Positions 62,765-64,000 of a stretch of DNA of 64,000 bases are shown here, one piece after another. The first letter of the stretch is position 1. The number at the start of each line of letters is the position of its first letter. The DNA is from Ginglymostoma cirratum (Eukaryota): contig JAHRHZ010000025.1 of assembly GCA_024137785.1 (NCBI GenBank), positions 23,703,438 through 23,767,437 on the forward strand, read 5' to 3'. The translations under genes were made by a program, and so were the position numbers. The notes under the pieces were generated by a model that saw only the letters and a list, made by a program, of their open reading frames with translations, was not told where the DNA came from and did not search any database.

Positions 62765-64000
62765 GTAACAGCCAAATACTTAGTCTGTGTCCACCTTTCT
62801 TTTCCAACCCAGCAAAGAAACATTCCAAAATTCACTGGGCTTTCCTCTGGTTACTGTAGCAGCCCCAAATAGTGGAGGTTTTTCTACAGTTAAGGAGGCA
62901 ACCTAGTAAGCAGCAAGAAAGGGGTATAGCAAAAGCAGTACTGCGATTAGGCAGAAGAATATGCAATGAAAAGTAGAGTGGGACCCCCCCCCACTTCTTT
63001 CTCTCTCCTCTCCTGTATTCTAACCCATTTTCACTCCATTACATTACTAGTTAAAACTGTCCAACTTGTTTTGCTTCTTTTGATTATTTTCCATCTCCAG
63101 AAGGTTTAAAGCTCTAACTTTTTATTTGTTCATGGTGTTGCTGGCTAGAAAAAGCATTTATTGCCCAGAGGAGAGGCCGCAGGTTTTGCTGTCACTTGCT
63201 GGCCAGATCAGGTAAGAATGACACATTTACCTTCCGAAAGTACATTCCTGAAACAAGATGGATTTTACAATAATGGTTACATGATCACCATTAAGCTAAC
63301 TCTTACTCCAAGTTATTTTTGTTGAATTCGTATTTCACCATCTGCCGTGGTGGGATTCAAACCCATAATCCTAAAACATTACCTAGAATTCTGAATTCCA
63401 AGTCTAGTGACATTACCAGTACACCACCACTTATCTTATTGTTTTACCAATCCTATCCTTAAACTTCTTTGTTGCTTTCTCTTTCCCCTACCTCATACCA
63501 GTGGCCTTGTCCCAATTTAGTGTACCTTGCTCATCCTGCTGTTTTATACGATATAGCCCCCATCTTGCCTCAGCTGTAGCCCAACTTCCAACTTGATGTG
63601 AAAGCTGCATTTACACTTGACTACTCATACAATTCTGTGAGAAGTTAACTATCTGATTAAACTTGTGTTTTAAGGTTAGGTACAATAATCTGTGCCTAGA
63701 TTGTGTGTAGGGTATATAGTCACAGATTACTATGTTGATCTTATTTATGAATAATGATTTCAGTACAAAATTATTTCAAGTTGGAGGATTAACTGCATAC
63801 CTCCACTGGTTGAATGGGGTTTCTTACGCCTCAGTGAGGACTGGCATAGAAATGAGTAAGGCGTGTTATTTAATGCCACTGATCAGTATACCATTTTAAG
63901 GGCTCCATCACATCAAGGGGCCATTTTCCACTGTGGGATAATGATATACAGTATGTCTCCACTCCCATTTTGTCACTGGTGCACATAGGAACGAAATGAC

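Overview
Vertebrate genomic DNA. The repeat content (HE1/V-SINEs, a Deu-domain SINE, CR1 LINEs, Penelope-like repeats) points to a cartilaginous fish (shark); this is an inference. The main gene is an AP-2 family transcription factor on the minus strand, most likely TFAP2E but strongly TFAP2B-like. Three exons are visible: exon 1 (MLVHTYAAM, 37596-37622), exon 2 (36527-36988) and exon 3 (28030-28090). I could not find exons 4-7, so intron 3 appears to exceed 28 kb and run off the left edge. The gene start sits in a broad CpG-retaining domain (about 23.4-44.4 kb). Upstream lie a full-length divergent U2 snRNA copy, a nested transposon stack with an interstitial (TTAGGG)5 tract, and the CpG promoter plus first exons of an unidentified divergent plus-strand gene (from about 60.6 kb). 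The most notable non-standard signals are two locally duplicated non-coding elements in the TFAP2 introns with block-like conservation, several Penelope-derived repeats carrying minimal hammerhead-ribozyme cores (two arranged as inverted arms), and the U2 variant with an altered branch-point recognition sequence. Most entries in the supplied ORF track are spurious or decayed transposon frames. All alignments and comparisons were made by eye from recalled sequences, and repeat boundaries are approximate.
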